From Perna viridis (lineage: Eukaryota): a stretch of DNA of 64,000 nt. A program made the translations under genes and the position numbers. Shown piece after piece: positions 49,801-61,470 of the stretch (position 1 is the stretch's first letter; every line of letters starts with the position of its first letter). Under the pieces are notes generated by a model that was given only the letters and a program-made list of their open reading frames with translations, made no database searches and was not told the DNA's origin. The stretch covers positions 18,352,001-18,416,000 of the forward strand of contig CM074517.1 of assembly GCA_037379345.1 (NCBI GenBank). Reading direction: 5' to 3'.

Positions 49801-50397
49801 TTTTCATAATCTTGATCTGTTAAAATTTGGATATATACATTATATAAAGCTGATCAACTACTTTCGTTGCGTTTTTAAAGAGTTTCTGTTACTTTTCGCG
49901 ATAAATAATCATTATATAATTTTGCATAAAAGTTAAATAGTTTAGCTATAATGAGGTCTACGATCATATCATTTTTCAGAGAAACCTATATTATTGACTT
50001 TGAATTATGTCAAACTCATGTTTTTTCATGCATCCTTATTTCGAATGGTCATTGGGGATGGTCGCTTAAAGTAACATAAATACATAAATAAATTTCATAA
50101 CTTATTATAACCACTTTTTCAAAAAAGTTCATAATAAATAAATTCATCTACTAGTACTTGGTTAAAATCAATTAAAAAAAAAAGAAAATGGAATCGTTGC
50201 AAGTTATAAACAGAATTAAATTGAAGAAAATATCATCAAAATCCAAGCCGAACTCATTATAATAATTTAATTTCAGGAGATTGAATAAAAAAATTGTCCA
50301 TTATGACATATAGACCAAATTTTGTATAAGTCTGTGACGTCATCAACCTTTTTCAACGGTTTACTCGTTGAAATTTGACACTAAAATTAAATTATTA

Positions 50398-50510
50398 GAT
50401 ATGACTGTTATATTTTTTTTCGGTCAATGTGAAATAACCCCAATGCCCGTGGTGCACCACGTAATTTAGGTTATTTCTCCATATACCGAAAAAATATAAG
50501 TCATTCCTTA
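50398..50510. repeat. Imperfect inverted repeat, probably a transposon terminus
   Basis: ATGACTGTTATATTTTTTTTCGGT pairs with ACCGAAAAAATATAAGTCAT; inner GAAATAACC pairs with GGTTATTTC. Confidence 0.55.
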
Positions 50511-53500
50511 AAAACTTTCGGGAATCATCCTTCGATCGTCTTTTTCTCCAGTTTTTTTTCAACATTTTCTCCTTTTTAATTGCTGGTACTTATTTGCCGT
50601 TAATACTTTGATTTGTTCGTGTTTCATATGAACTTTTTGTGACAATCAAGTTCATATAGGAGATTGGGAAAATATAATCTGTTGAATGCAGATAAACTTG
50701 TAAAACTGATCATCGACGTTTCATTGCATGTGATATTAAGAAAACCTACAAAATTTTAAATATTTCGATTATTTTCGAATATTCTTGAATTGTTTTGTGC
50801 AATTCGTAAAAATTATTGAAGAGAACAGAGAAATAGACAAAATGTGTTATAAGGTTCTATAATTTTTAGGTGTCTGCCAATCTCGACTCATTAAGACTAT
50901 GCGACTTGTAGGAACCAGTGTAAAAAATAAACAGGAACATGGACTAAACGGAAGTAAGTTCAGTCCGTCAATTACCGCTTCCGCTCTTTATATAGAATTT
51001 TTTATTATTAAGTTGTACTTGTTTTGATGAGTATTTTCTTCATTTTATCCACCCAATTAACTTGAAATGAAAATCACTAAAGGAACGCAGAAGTCCCCTT
51101 CATGTATCGAAAACTTTTTTGGAATAGTGACAAGATCTTCGATTTACAATAAATCTCAATGGTTGATATTTAAAGCAACTTGACAAGGCGAGAGGTTAAG
51201 GTCGTCACTGCAAACAGTCTATAGTCGTTTTGATGATTAGCATTACGGAGTGTTACATTTCAGTACGACAATTGATCCCAATATGTCATAGATATTCTTC
51301 CTTTTTTCCAGACATGACCTTCAAAAGAAAACATGAAAAGAGGAGCATGAATTGTTTTTATATACACCCAATTTCAACCCCAGTTAATTGGGTTCGTGCT
51401 GTTTGTTTCTGCGTTCCATAGGTTTTTCTGTGACTTGTTTTTCAGTTGTTTGACGACTTTTGATTTTTCCCGGCTGTATAATATCCTCAGATTTCTCTTC
51501 GTTGTACTTCTTGGTATATCTTTAAGTTTCTTGTATAAAAAAAAATGAAGTCGTATGTGATTTCACGTACAAGTAATACTATTCATAATATAAGTATGGT
51601 GTAATCTGTTAGAAGACGTTTTTTTTTTCATAAATAATTATGACTTTTACAGTTTTACATCAACTAGGATTTTTTGTCATGAACTAATTAACATACCCTT
51701 AAGCTATTAATTAAAATAGATCTACATTTTGTTTTACTAAAGATACGAAAGAAGTAAAGATCCTTATTTCCTCTCAGACTGAAATCGGGCTCTCAGTGCA
51801 TGTAAGGTCAAAGGCTAAATTCGTAACTTCATCCTCTCTTAATGATTGAAAACTCCTAGAAGTACACCTAGCGTAGTGGATGATGAAATTTCATATCTAG
51901 AAATAATCAATTATAATTAGAAATTCTGAGATAAATTGAATTTTAGGTGCGACATTTATAGAAATTTCAATTACTTGCGCATTGTGAATACTTATATAAA
52001 TATCTGGAAGAGATCTGTGAAAGTCAATTAAGATATGCTTTGTTCTGATTTATTTTAGTCAACAAATTAGATTTTTGTTTCATTCTGATACGAGACCTGC
52101 ACTTCACATTTTGAAACGACTGAAATTTTTATATTTTGTTTCTGATATAAAGCTAAGATGACATTTACATTGATTAAATTTTTTTTAAAAGTAAGATGTC
52201 AAATTGCTTTTAAAAGTACAAAAAAGACATGATCGATTGTCTATATCATATGAATATTGCATTATATTTAGAATAATGTGTGCTAACTCTGCCAAAAAAA
52301 AGAATTTTAGCAGTTCATCCAACCTCTACTTGGAAAACTAGTTGCAAAATGGAGACAAAATAGGTAAACTTTGCTTCAGTGGGAAAACCACTAGATTTAA
52401 TAACTTTAAAAACTGAAATGTTTCAACAATGAAAGCCTACTATACCAAGATAACTTTGACAAAAACGCTGTTTTGTTGAAACATATGGCCCAAATAAACA
52501 GATCCGGAAACAACCTACAAACTTCATAATTTCGTAAAAATGATATTTTGTGGTTGTAACAGCTCGTAAAACCTTCTTGTCTCGGTTAAGTCATCTTTGT
52601 AACAAAAGATATGCAAATAAACCTTTTTTGGTAATTTTCAATAAATAACAAGGTATGAAACTGGTATTAGGTTGCACTATACAGATGCGATTGAGTTGCA
52701 CTGTGTTTCGTGCACAAAGTTGACCCAGTCTAATTTAGTAACGATTACAAATACACGGTAAAGAGGGATAAAATGCATGTTTAAGCTATCCGGAAATACT
52801 CAGGTCCTTACCCCAGTGGATTCTCTCCAGCAGGCTGGTTTTCAAAAATGCAAAATTTTGCACGAACTAAAGAATTAAAATCATGAACAAATGAGCAGAA
52901 AGAGGTACACATATTTTTTTTTTTGTTTTTTGTTTGTTTGTTTTTTTTTCAAAACAATACCATGCCTGCAATCTTTCCCTTGCAATTTTAAAGAGCCAGA
53001 TATTTTGACAATAAATTTTGGGAAGGCAACCAGACCTGGGGTCAATTACATGCAAAAGTAATTAATTACAACTCTATTAATTGCGAAAATTTTCAATTAA
53101 ATTATAATTACAATTACACAAAATTTGTAAAGAATTTATTATTAATTGAATTACAAATACTTTGGTAATGTTATTAATTACTTTTCAGAATTATAACTCG
53201 AAAGTTCTTATGGATGCCGTCGAGGGCTACGAAAGAAAATGAATAAAACGAGAACAAGAAGACATTAATTCTGGAACGATAACCGCACATTCGTTTGTTT
53301 AAAATTCTAGTATATCACCGGCATATACTAGACTGCACAAGTTGCATTCTAATCCGTAGATTACGTTTGTCGATTTTCAACTTATGTCATCATAACTTTT
53401 TGTATGAAAAGTTTTGTTCGTTAGGTAGATAGTGAGGATAGTCGGTTATAAGAAAATTCATATTTTGCACTTTTTGATTCCACATTTTGATATTGAACAA

Positions 53501-53829
53501 TGTGGTTCGTCATCGTTGTAGTCAAATATATCAATTTAATTGACGGAACTTGGTTTGATTACTTTGAAATAGTCAGAATAGTTGGTTATGGAATTGTCGG
53601 GACACTATCCATACCAAATGTGAGCATACTAGGATTCCCATATGACACATCACAGTCTTACAAGACAACAGTGTGTCCAATATGTCGTCAGTTTCAGACC
53701 TTTTTAGACTGGGCTACGTCCGAGCCAATTTTTCATTTGTTCCTCTGAATAAACCATTAATTATATTACTTGGCCGATGGTACCCTCGGGGTCAAAATCC
53801 ACCAGCAGCTGTATCGACCCAGTAGTGTG

Positions 53830-54587
53830 AAAGAGTAATCAAGGGAACCAAGATTATAGCGGAAATCAAAAGAATGTAATCGAGAGACAAAGACCAGACA
53901 GGGAAAACAGACACACACAACAAAGGAAATAAAATAACCAATTGTTTGTTTGTTTGTTTGTTTGTTTGTTGGGGTTTAACGTCCGAGCAGCAATATTTCA
54001 GCTATATTTAGTCGATGATTGATGATAAAATGAACATGAAATGATGAAATGAAAAAGGGATGGGACACAAGGACAATGGGGTCGACAAATTTTGATTGCC
54101 ACTGGAAATAGGGAGAGGTGGGTAGGGTCGGGGAATTTAGCCTCCTGTGGCGGAGCCCTAAGGTTCCTACTCCGGGAGAATACCACAGTAGGGTTCTTTA
54201 ACGTGCGAGGAACGTGGCATATTTCCTAACACGTTGCACCACTATGGTTTGCGGTCAGGTTTTCCGTATTATAGCCTGACAACCCCAGCATGTTACACGC
54301 CAGGGGTACCCCATTCCACCATCTGGGGCACACATTCCAGTTGCTCTGTAGGCAGAGCGCCCTAGCCTAAAATAACCAAAATAAAACATACAAAGTAACA
54401 AAAGTAAATGAGTACTCGGACTCCAATAAAAACTAGGAGCATGGACCAGGTGCACCGGTAGGTTAAGCGTCCTCTGCTTTTCTAGAAACACCCGCCGAGT
54501 TGCTCGAAAAGGTCAAGTCCGTGGTAGACTAAAGAAGTAAGGAAAACTATGACACGTTGAATAAATCAGTTTTCATGTTGCAGATTG
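53830..54587 (-). mobile_element. 3' fragment of the Penelope-like family split by a SINE
   Basis: 53830-53941 and 54368-54587 join to match 21106-21425. Confidence 0.82.
53942..54367 (-). mobile_element. 5'-truncated copy of the 33489-33999 SINE
   Basis: Reverse complement of about 33584-33999, with (TTTG)n tail and 12-bp TSD TAAAATAACCAA (53930-53941, 54368-54379). Confidence 0.88.
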
Positions 54588-54937
54588 CATTACTTTCAAT
54601 AACATGTAATAGAAAAAACGCTAAATAACACATGACATTGAATTACTTCAAAAATTGTTATTGAATACAGCTAATTAAAATATTACCCCAGGTCTGAAAG
54701 CACCCAAAATTTGTCATTAAACTGATATTCTTTTTTCTCCATTATGTAACCACATCTACAGATTTCTATGACAAAATGTAAGAGAGTATTAATCCATTTC
54801 GTTCATCTCCATAATGTATAGAAAAAAATTGTTGGATTTGCTTGTCCGAGTGTCTCGATATAGCTTTATTTCCACAAAATGTCATTAAATTATCTGCTAT
54901 GGCATGTCTATAGAGTAGCGCCTAAACGAATATACCA

Positions 54938-55165
54938 TGTAACAAAAGTAAATGAGTAACTCGAACTCCACTAAAAACTGAGAGCATGGACCAGGTGTAC
55001 CTGTAGGGTTAGCGTCCTCTGTTTTTCTAGAAACACCCGCCGAGCTGCTCATAAAAAGTCAAGTCTTGGGTAGACGAAAGAGGAAAGGAAAACTATGACA
55101 CGTTGAACAAATCAGTTTTCATGTTGCAGATGGATACACCGTAAAGATCTACGAGTTCATGATGA
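54938..55165 (-). mobile_element. Another Penelope-like 3' fragment
   Basis: Matches about 21234-21458. Confidence 0.78.
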
Positions 55166-56414
55166 AAGTGATAATGAAATATTGTCATTTCACATGTATT
55201 CACACAAATATTCTTAAACGGTCAACTTCCATGAAGCCATTTTGCCACAAGTTTATATACATATATTAAAACCCGCTCTTTGGATTTGTGTACGCCAAAA
55301 TTAATTTCTGTTAGTGTGGATTTTTCATAAATAGAATTCAGGCATGTTTTAACATTGTATGAAAATTTAATAATGTGTGGACGTTTTCGTTCTGTTCGTT
55401 TTTAATTTGTCTCGTTGGAGGTTGCATGTGATGGTATGCGTGTATGTTTTAATGCTGCTTTTTTTTCGTTTGTTTCTGTTACAAATTCTCTCTTACAAAA
55501 AATATAACTTTAGACACCTTTCATACTTCGATTTAAAATACAGATAGTCAATGATAACAACTTCAAACAAATTTGTTCAATTTTAATAACAAATAACAAA
55601 AATAAATAAAAGTTTAAAACATGAACAAAATAACATTATTTGTGGACGTTGTCTGGGACACCTTTAACATTTACACTAAGCCACTATTACAAGAAAGGAT
55701 AAAAAAAATGTCACTCTCGCAAACAATACTTTCAAATAAGGATTTATGCTCCTTCTCATCAAGCAGAAACTAATAGAGATCGAATAAACATGGTTAATTT
55801 GCATACAACATAATACTTTCAGCAATATGATTCAGAAACAAAAGGGGGAAAACTCGTTTTAATTAAAGGCTATAACAGTTTTTTTTTCGTTTTTTTCTTG
55901 ATATTGCCTATTGTTGAATGGACTTCCGTTTTTTTTTTACTATTTCTTTTTATTATTGCCTACTAATTTTGTTATTACTCTTAATTTACAGTTGCTTTTT
56001 AAGGAAATGAAAGAAAAAAATGCATTTAATGAATCAACATCGTATTTTCCTTATTGATGATTCAGCGAGAAAGATAACAAAAGTACATTTGACTACAAAA
56101 AGGCAAGACATCCATTTGCTCTTGAGCCATTAAGTAGATAGGCTGATTCACGCTGGTCACCTCAGATTAAAATTGCAACATTGACTAATAATACATTAAA
56201 AGCGAATGAACAATGCATAAATGATACAAATCTGTCACGTACAACTACAGAATCTTTTAGTATTCTTTCTTATTTTCTGCTTTGTAATTAATCAAAGCTA
56301 TTTCTTAACATCATCCAGAAATTGCAAAAAAATTAGATTTCATTTAAAAATGTCTTTAGCATAAATGATTCAAAGAGAATCTCGTCGTTCAACTATATAT
56401 TGCACTAAATATGG

Positions 56415-59400
56415 TCAGAAGGCCGGACGACATTGATAGGGAAGGGCCCAAATTGCACTGCCAACGGTTCTATCGCTTGTTCTATGTAACCAATGGTAAC
56501 AAGGTCTTGAACACGTACTACCACAAGCTGTTAGACAACATTTTTCACTTCCAGGACAATGAAGGTCACTAGTGCAGTCCATTCCACACATCGGTTGTCG
56601 CCTTAAGTCCCATGGACATGACCCAGGTTTTCCTTGGACAACTGCAAATATTAATTTTTATTTTTGTTTATAATAGAACAGAAAGTTTACCAATAACTAT
56701 CTTTTAAAGTAAAGGTAGCCGACGTAGTAAAAGTTGTTCTTTTTACTTATAATTTTCTACAGTAACACATGGCACACAATTTCAATTTTCAATTCATTTT
56801 TTTTTCAAACGCCACTAAGTTTCAGGATTTGGCAATCGAGAAATAGAATTGCGATCAGGTGACTTGCGTTTCTATTGAAGAGCGTCTTTAAGGTCAAAGG
56901 GGAAAACGAAACTATACTGACTGCGTCGGAATGATATCAACTATAACGTAAATGTAATGAATATGTAGTTTCCTTAGAATTGGAGGAATGATTCCAATTT
57001 TATAACAGTTTATACATAATAGAACTGATTTGTGGCAGTTTAAACTAATAAACCGCAACGCGTTTTATAAACAGCGTAAACTGGCCCATTCTGGGTTATT
57101 CTGTACAATCGGTCAAAAATTAGGAACGTTACTTATAATTTGATTTCTGATGGATACAAATCCCAATATTAAGAATTGGTTCGTTATCAAACGTAATCTT
57201 CTTTTTAATTATTTTAGTGCGGACCAATCGACCTTAATGACGGAATTGTAATGAAGCATATTATACAAAATAATTTGGTATGCTCAAAGAGAACCAACCA
57301 ATCAGAAAGCTTGTTACAAAACAAATCAAATTATTCATTTATACAAAAATAATGAAAATAAGTTCTTAATTAATTTTAATTTTTTACACTTGATTTTAAG
57401 GTTTTAAGGGGTGTTTAATTAGTAAAGTAAAAGTAAAGTAATTATCTGTTAACACAATAACACAATGCAATTTTATCAGACATTTTGGTTAAGGGGTCCT
57501 ATGGTACTGTCGTTCTATTTAAGCAACAAAAATTCATTGACAGTGTATTTATTGATGATGTGCGGTTAATGACAGTATATAATACTTTGGCTACTTTTCT
57601 ACTGTTGCATGAATTAGCTGTTTATCGGGGGCCGTAAGTGGGGAGGAAATGTAATAAACACGTCGTATGAAATACTTTTTGATTAAAAAAGTGATTAGGA
57701 TTGCAGTTTAAAGTATATTGACTAGAAATAAAAATGAAATACAAACTCGGCACGGAACCAAAAAAAAAATCGGCAGAGCCTCGCGTTTTACCACGATCCG
57801 AATTTTTTTTCAAACCAATACACTGTTACTGTCTATATACTAACCATTTTGAACTGGTTTACAAGTATTGCCACATCCATTAAAACAACATTTCTCGTTA
57901 TCTCTACAATCACCGTCATTTTGACATTGTTCCATACATGGGCCTGGTGTTAAAATGACAGGACATGTACCCGGATGTTCTGATATTACTTCTACTAGTT
58001 CATCTGTACTATTGTTGTCCTCTGCTATAAATACAAAACATTTTCTATTTTTGAACATTCGTTTTAGAATAACTACTTTGTAGATAAATGTGGTTACACT
58101 GTTGCGACTGTTTTTCCAATATAAGTTACTCCAGTGGCACTGAAACACACATTTTTGTTTTAATTTGGTATTCTTATATTTAACTTATATCATTGAGTAT
58201 TTATAATATTCCCATTATAGTTTTTTGGGCGTCAAATGTTACTTAACCGAGAACGACGGTTAACAGGGGCGGATCCAGGATTTGAGTTGGGGGGGGGGCG
58301 TTAATTGAATTAAATGCCGTGCAAAGCAAGGCAACAAGTATTATGGTGTGAAAATTGTGGTGAAAAAATGTTTTCTTGCCGATTTAGGGGGGAGCGTGCG
58401 CCTGGTGCGCCAGTCCTTGGATCCGCGCCTGGTTAATATAACAAATAAATATAGAACTCACCAATACATATTGGATACTTCGGGCATGGAGGGTATGAAC
58501 AAGTACTTCGCCTCAAAACGCATGTCTCTCCAATAGCACAATCTAAGTTCTGGAAAATAAAAGTATTCTTTGTTTTAGGGGTCAACGTAATAATATTTTA
58601 TTATTTCATAGTGGTTTAACGTGTCGTAAAATTATAAGTTTGATTTAATTTATTGAAATGAGAAACCAGTTAAACAGCAACAATGATACAAATATAGACA
58701 TTTTCATAGTATCCTATATTCTCACGACCCCCATTCATAAACACTATTAATCATTCATCACTATCTCTTTATCTCTCTAAGAATGGAATTGCCATTCCAA
58801 TATTCAATTCAGATAATTATGATCATTGGGAGTATTCATGACAATGTCTGTTACAATGCCTCTAGTTCCAGTGAGATATAATTGATTACTAGCAAGCTAA
58901 CCACCCACAATAGTTTGTTAACGCTTTTCCACCCTCTTTAGCTAATCATCACTATACAAACTCGTTACTTAATGCGTCTGATGAGAATCTATCACCCTAA
59001 TCAAATCTAAGCTTAAGTTGATGACGTAGTTCCCGAATTAACAATTTTTATCTAATTTATCTAAGTTTGACTACGTCCTCATTTTAGTATGATATTTTTT
59101 TTTACTTGGTCATACGTTGGATTTGAATAGAGACCAAGTAATTAGGGTAAATGCTCTTCATTCTTAAATATGGTGTATGAATCTCAATGTTCGCTAAGCT
59201 TGCCCGTTCCTTGAAAGAATATAATGGCAATTCTATAAATTCAAGCACTCGTTCATTTAATGCAGTTCTCATGGCAAAACATAAAAAAGTCAATTCTCTT
59301 CATATTTATTATATCTTGTAGTACGAAAATGTAAATTTTGATACCGTCAAATATAGTTCAAACTAAAAGCTAAATGTAATTGAATTACAGTAAACCTGTC

Positions 59401-60368
59401 TTAACGAACCTTTTTTAACTAAATATTCCGTTCGTTCTATGCAAGTTTTCGCTTTTCACAGGTTTAAAATGCATTGAATTAAAAGTCTGAATAGGTTTTA
59501 GACGAACTAATATGTCTATAGCAAGAAATTCGAAGATTTTTGAAACGTTTTAAATTGTTACTAAGAATGCTTGGCAAAGTGGAATGAAATGACAAATAGA
59601 AGGTTCACGTATTCGTTGAAATGCTTAAAATGATCCCCACACAAACGTAAATCATTTTCGTTTTTTTTTTCGTCTGGATTCATTTTGATTTTAAATTTGA
59701 CTATCTCATAGCAACCCAATAGCTATAAGTAAATTGTCCTTAATAAGAATTTGGCAATATGCAATGTAGGAAAAACAGTAGTAAAATTTTTATTTGAAAA
59801 ATGGTTTCATAAAACTTAGTTAACAAGTGATGTGTACTTACGCATTTTCTGTGTCGCGATTCGGCTTGTTGCATGGCAAGAATGAAGACCTAAAAAGCGT
59901 TTGAATATTTATAGCAAAATCAGAGAAATGGTATTTCAATGTGTGTCTGCTTCTGCAAGGTTTATTATGGTTTTGATGTTAAACTGTAACTTTAATTTTG
60001 CCGAGGAAAAACCATAATAAATTAAAAATAACCATAAAATCTAAGGCACAAACTTAATATTTATTCAAAATATTTAGATCACGATAGGACAGGCAAGAAA
60101 TCCCATTTTAATATTATTTAATTGCTTGAATTTAACGAACAAATAAAGTTGGCATGACATTCAAGTACATTGAAACAGTCTAGGATATAAAGTATAAACA
60201 AACAGTAAAACATCATGTACAACAAGGCAAGAAACAAAGCATAGGTCCCTTTTTGTCCAATAATTCAGCATGTATCAATTCAGCTAACGTGTAAAAGCAA
60301 CACACACCTAATTATTCAACAGTACTTACAATAATACAATAAGCAGCGTCGATGTAGCACCTTGTCAT
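56415..60368 (-). CDS. Secreted WAP four-disulfide-core protein (perlwapin/WFDC-like): signal peptide, 6-Cys module and 2 WAP domains, 193 aa
   Basis: Exons 60368-60330 (MTRCYIDAAYCII), 59889-59842 (VFILAMQQAESRHRKC), 58549-58462 (NLDCAIGETCVLRRSTCSYPPCPKYPICI), 58024-57845 (HPGTCP..CMEQCQNDGDCRDNEKCCFNGCGNTC) and 56641-56415 (KPGSCP..CGMDCTSDLHCPGSEKCCLTACGSTC...CRPAF*). Phases are consistent, 582 nt. Confidence 0.88.
58264..58431. mobile_element. Small GC-rich MITE (hAT-like termini) in an intron of the WAP gene
   Basis: Ends CAGGGGCGGATCCAGG and CTTGGATCCGCGCCTG; GTTAA lies directly on both flanks. Confidence 0.65.
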
Positions 60369-61083
60369 CTTTGAAGATCTCCGATACTAAAGATAAACCT
60401 TCTTTTAAATATTATCACGTGAAATCTGAGAAACAGGCAAACTGCGAAACTTTTAACAGCAGCACGTGGAAACAAACCTGTCAATCAAGTAATCTGTGTA
60501 TTTACCATAGCAAGCAATACACAAATAAACCAAGCCACGCCTCATCGTCAACAATAGTTAATTTAAGAATTATAGCTCATACCCAAAGAATTTTATAATA
60601 TTTCACAACGTCAACGGAAGGAACAATATTGGGTATAAGTTAGAATTACTGAATGTCAATAATGTTTAGATTATCGCTTATTAAAGTCAATGGTAAAATC
60701 AGATTAGGAGTAACCTATTTAATACAAGATTAGATACCAAACTTTCATTTTTATTTTGGAAACTTGTTAAATTTTGATCATATTTATTAATATAAATCGG
60801 TTTTAACCACTCTATTTTTCAATTGCATTCTATTTATTAATATTTTAGTTCTGTTATTCGTATTTCTGTCTTAGTTCTTCAAGTGTAAATCAAATTCATT
60901 GTAAAATTTGCATGATTATTTGTTATTAAAGTGTAACCTAAGTTGAACGGAATAAAGTATATGTATATATTGAGAGGTTATGTATCATTTTGTCTGGCTT
61001 ATTTAAATCCTCTATTCATGTCTATTACTTGCATAAATATATTTTACTTATTTAAAAACCATTGATTTGACTTTGAATGTACT

Positions 61084-61272
61084 CAAGAAGTGACAAAACA
61101 TTTACTGGTCTTGGGCTGACGTTTTCAACCCGGGTTGTTGTCTCTTTGACATATACACGTTACCTATTCTAGTTATATTCAAGAAGTGACAAAACATTTA
61201 CTGGTCTTGGGCTGAAGTTTTCTACCCGGGTTGTTTCTCTTTGACATATTCACGTTACCTATTCTAGTTATA
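61084..61272. repeat. Tandem duplication (about 96 bp, 2 copies) of a dispersed-repeat end
   Basis: CAAGAAGTGACAAAACATTTACTGGTCTTGGGCTGA...TCTCTTTGACATAT.CACGTTACCTATTCTAGTTATA occurs twice and is homologous to 37866-37938. Confidence 0.8.
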
Positions 61273-61451
61273 CTAACTTCATTGTTAATGTGTAGGAAAA
61301 TATAAGGAAAATATCCTTAAACTTCTCAATGCCTATATGTGAGTTTTGTTACACATTTTTTCAACTTTCAAAACCTTTTAAGTGCCACTGGTATAAACAC
61401 ATATACACTTTCATATCTTAAACAATTGTATGTATGTTGTTATTTTCTATA

Positions 61452-61470
61452 TGTGTGTGTGTGTGTGTGT
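61452..61470. repeat. (TG)n microsatellite
   Basis: Visible dinucleotide run. Confidence 0.8.

Larger units (their letters stand above)
53031..54696. mobile_element. hAT-like MITE (AATTAC-rich arms) expanded by nested insertions
   Basis: TIRs CAGACCTGGGGT and ACCCCAGGTCTG. Degenerate 8-bp TSD AAGGCAAC / AAAGCACC. Arms at about 53031-53195 and 54588-54696. Confidence 0.65.
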
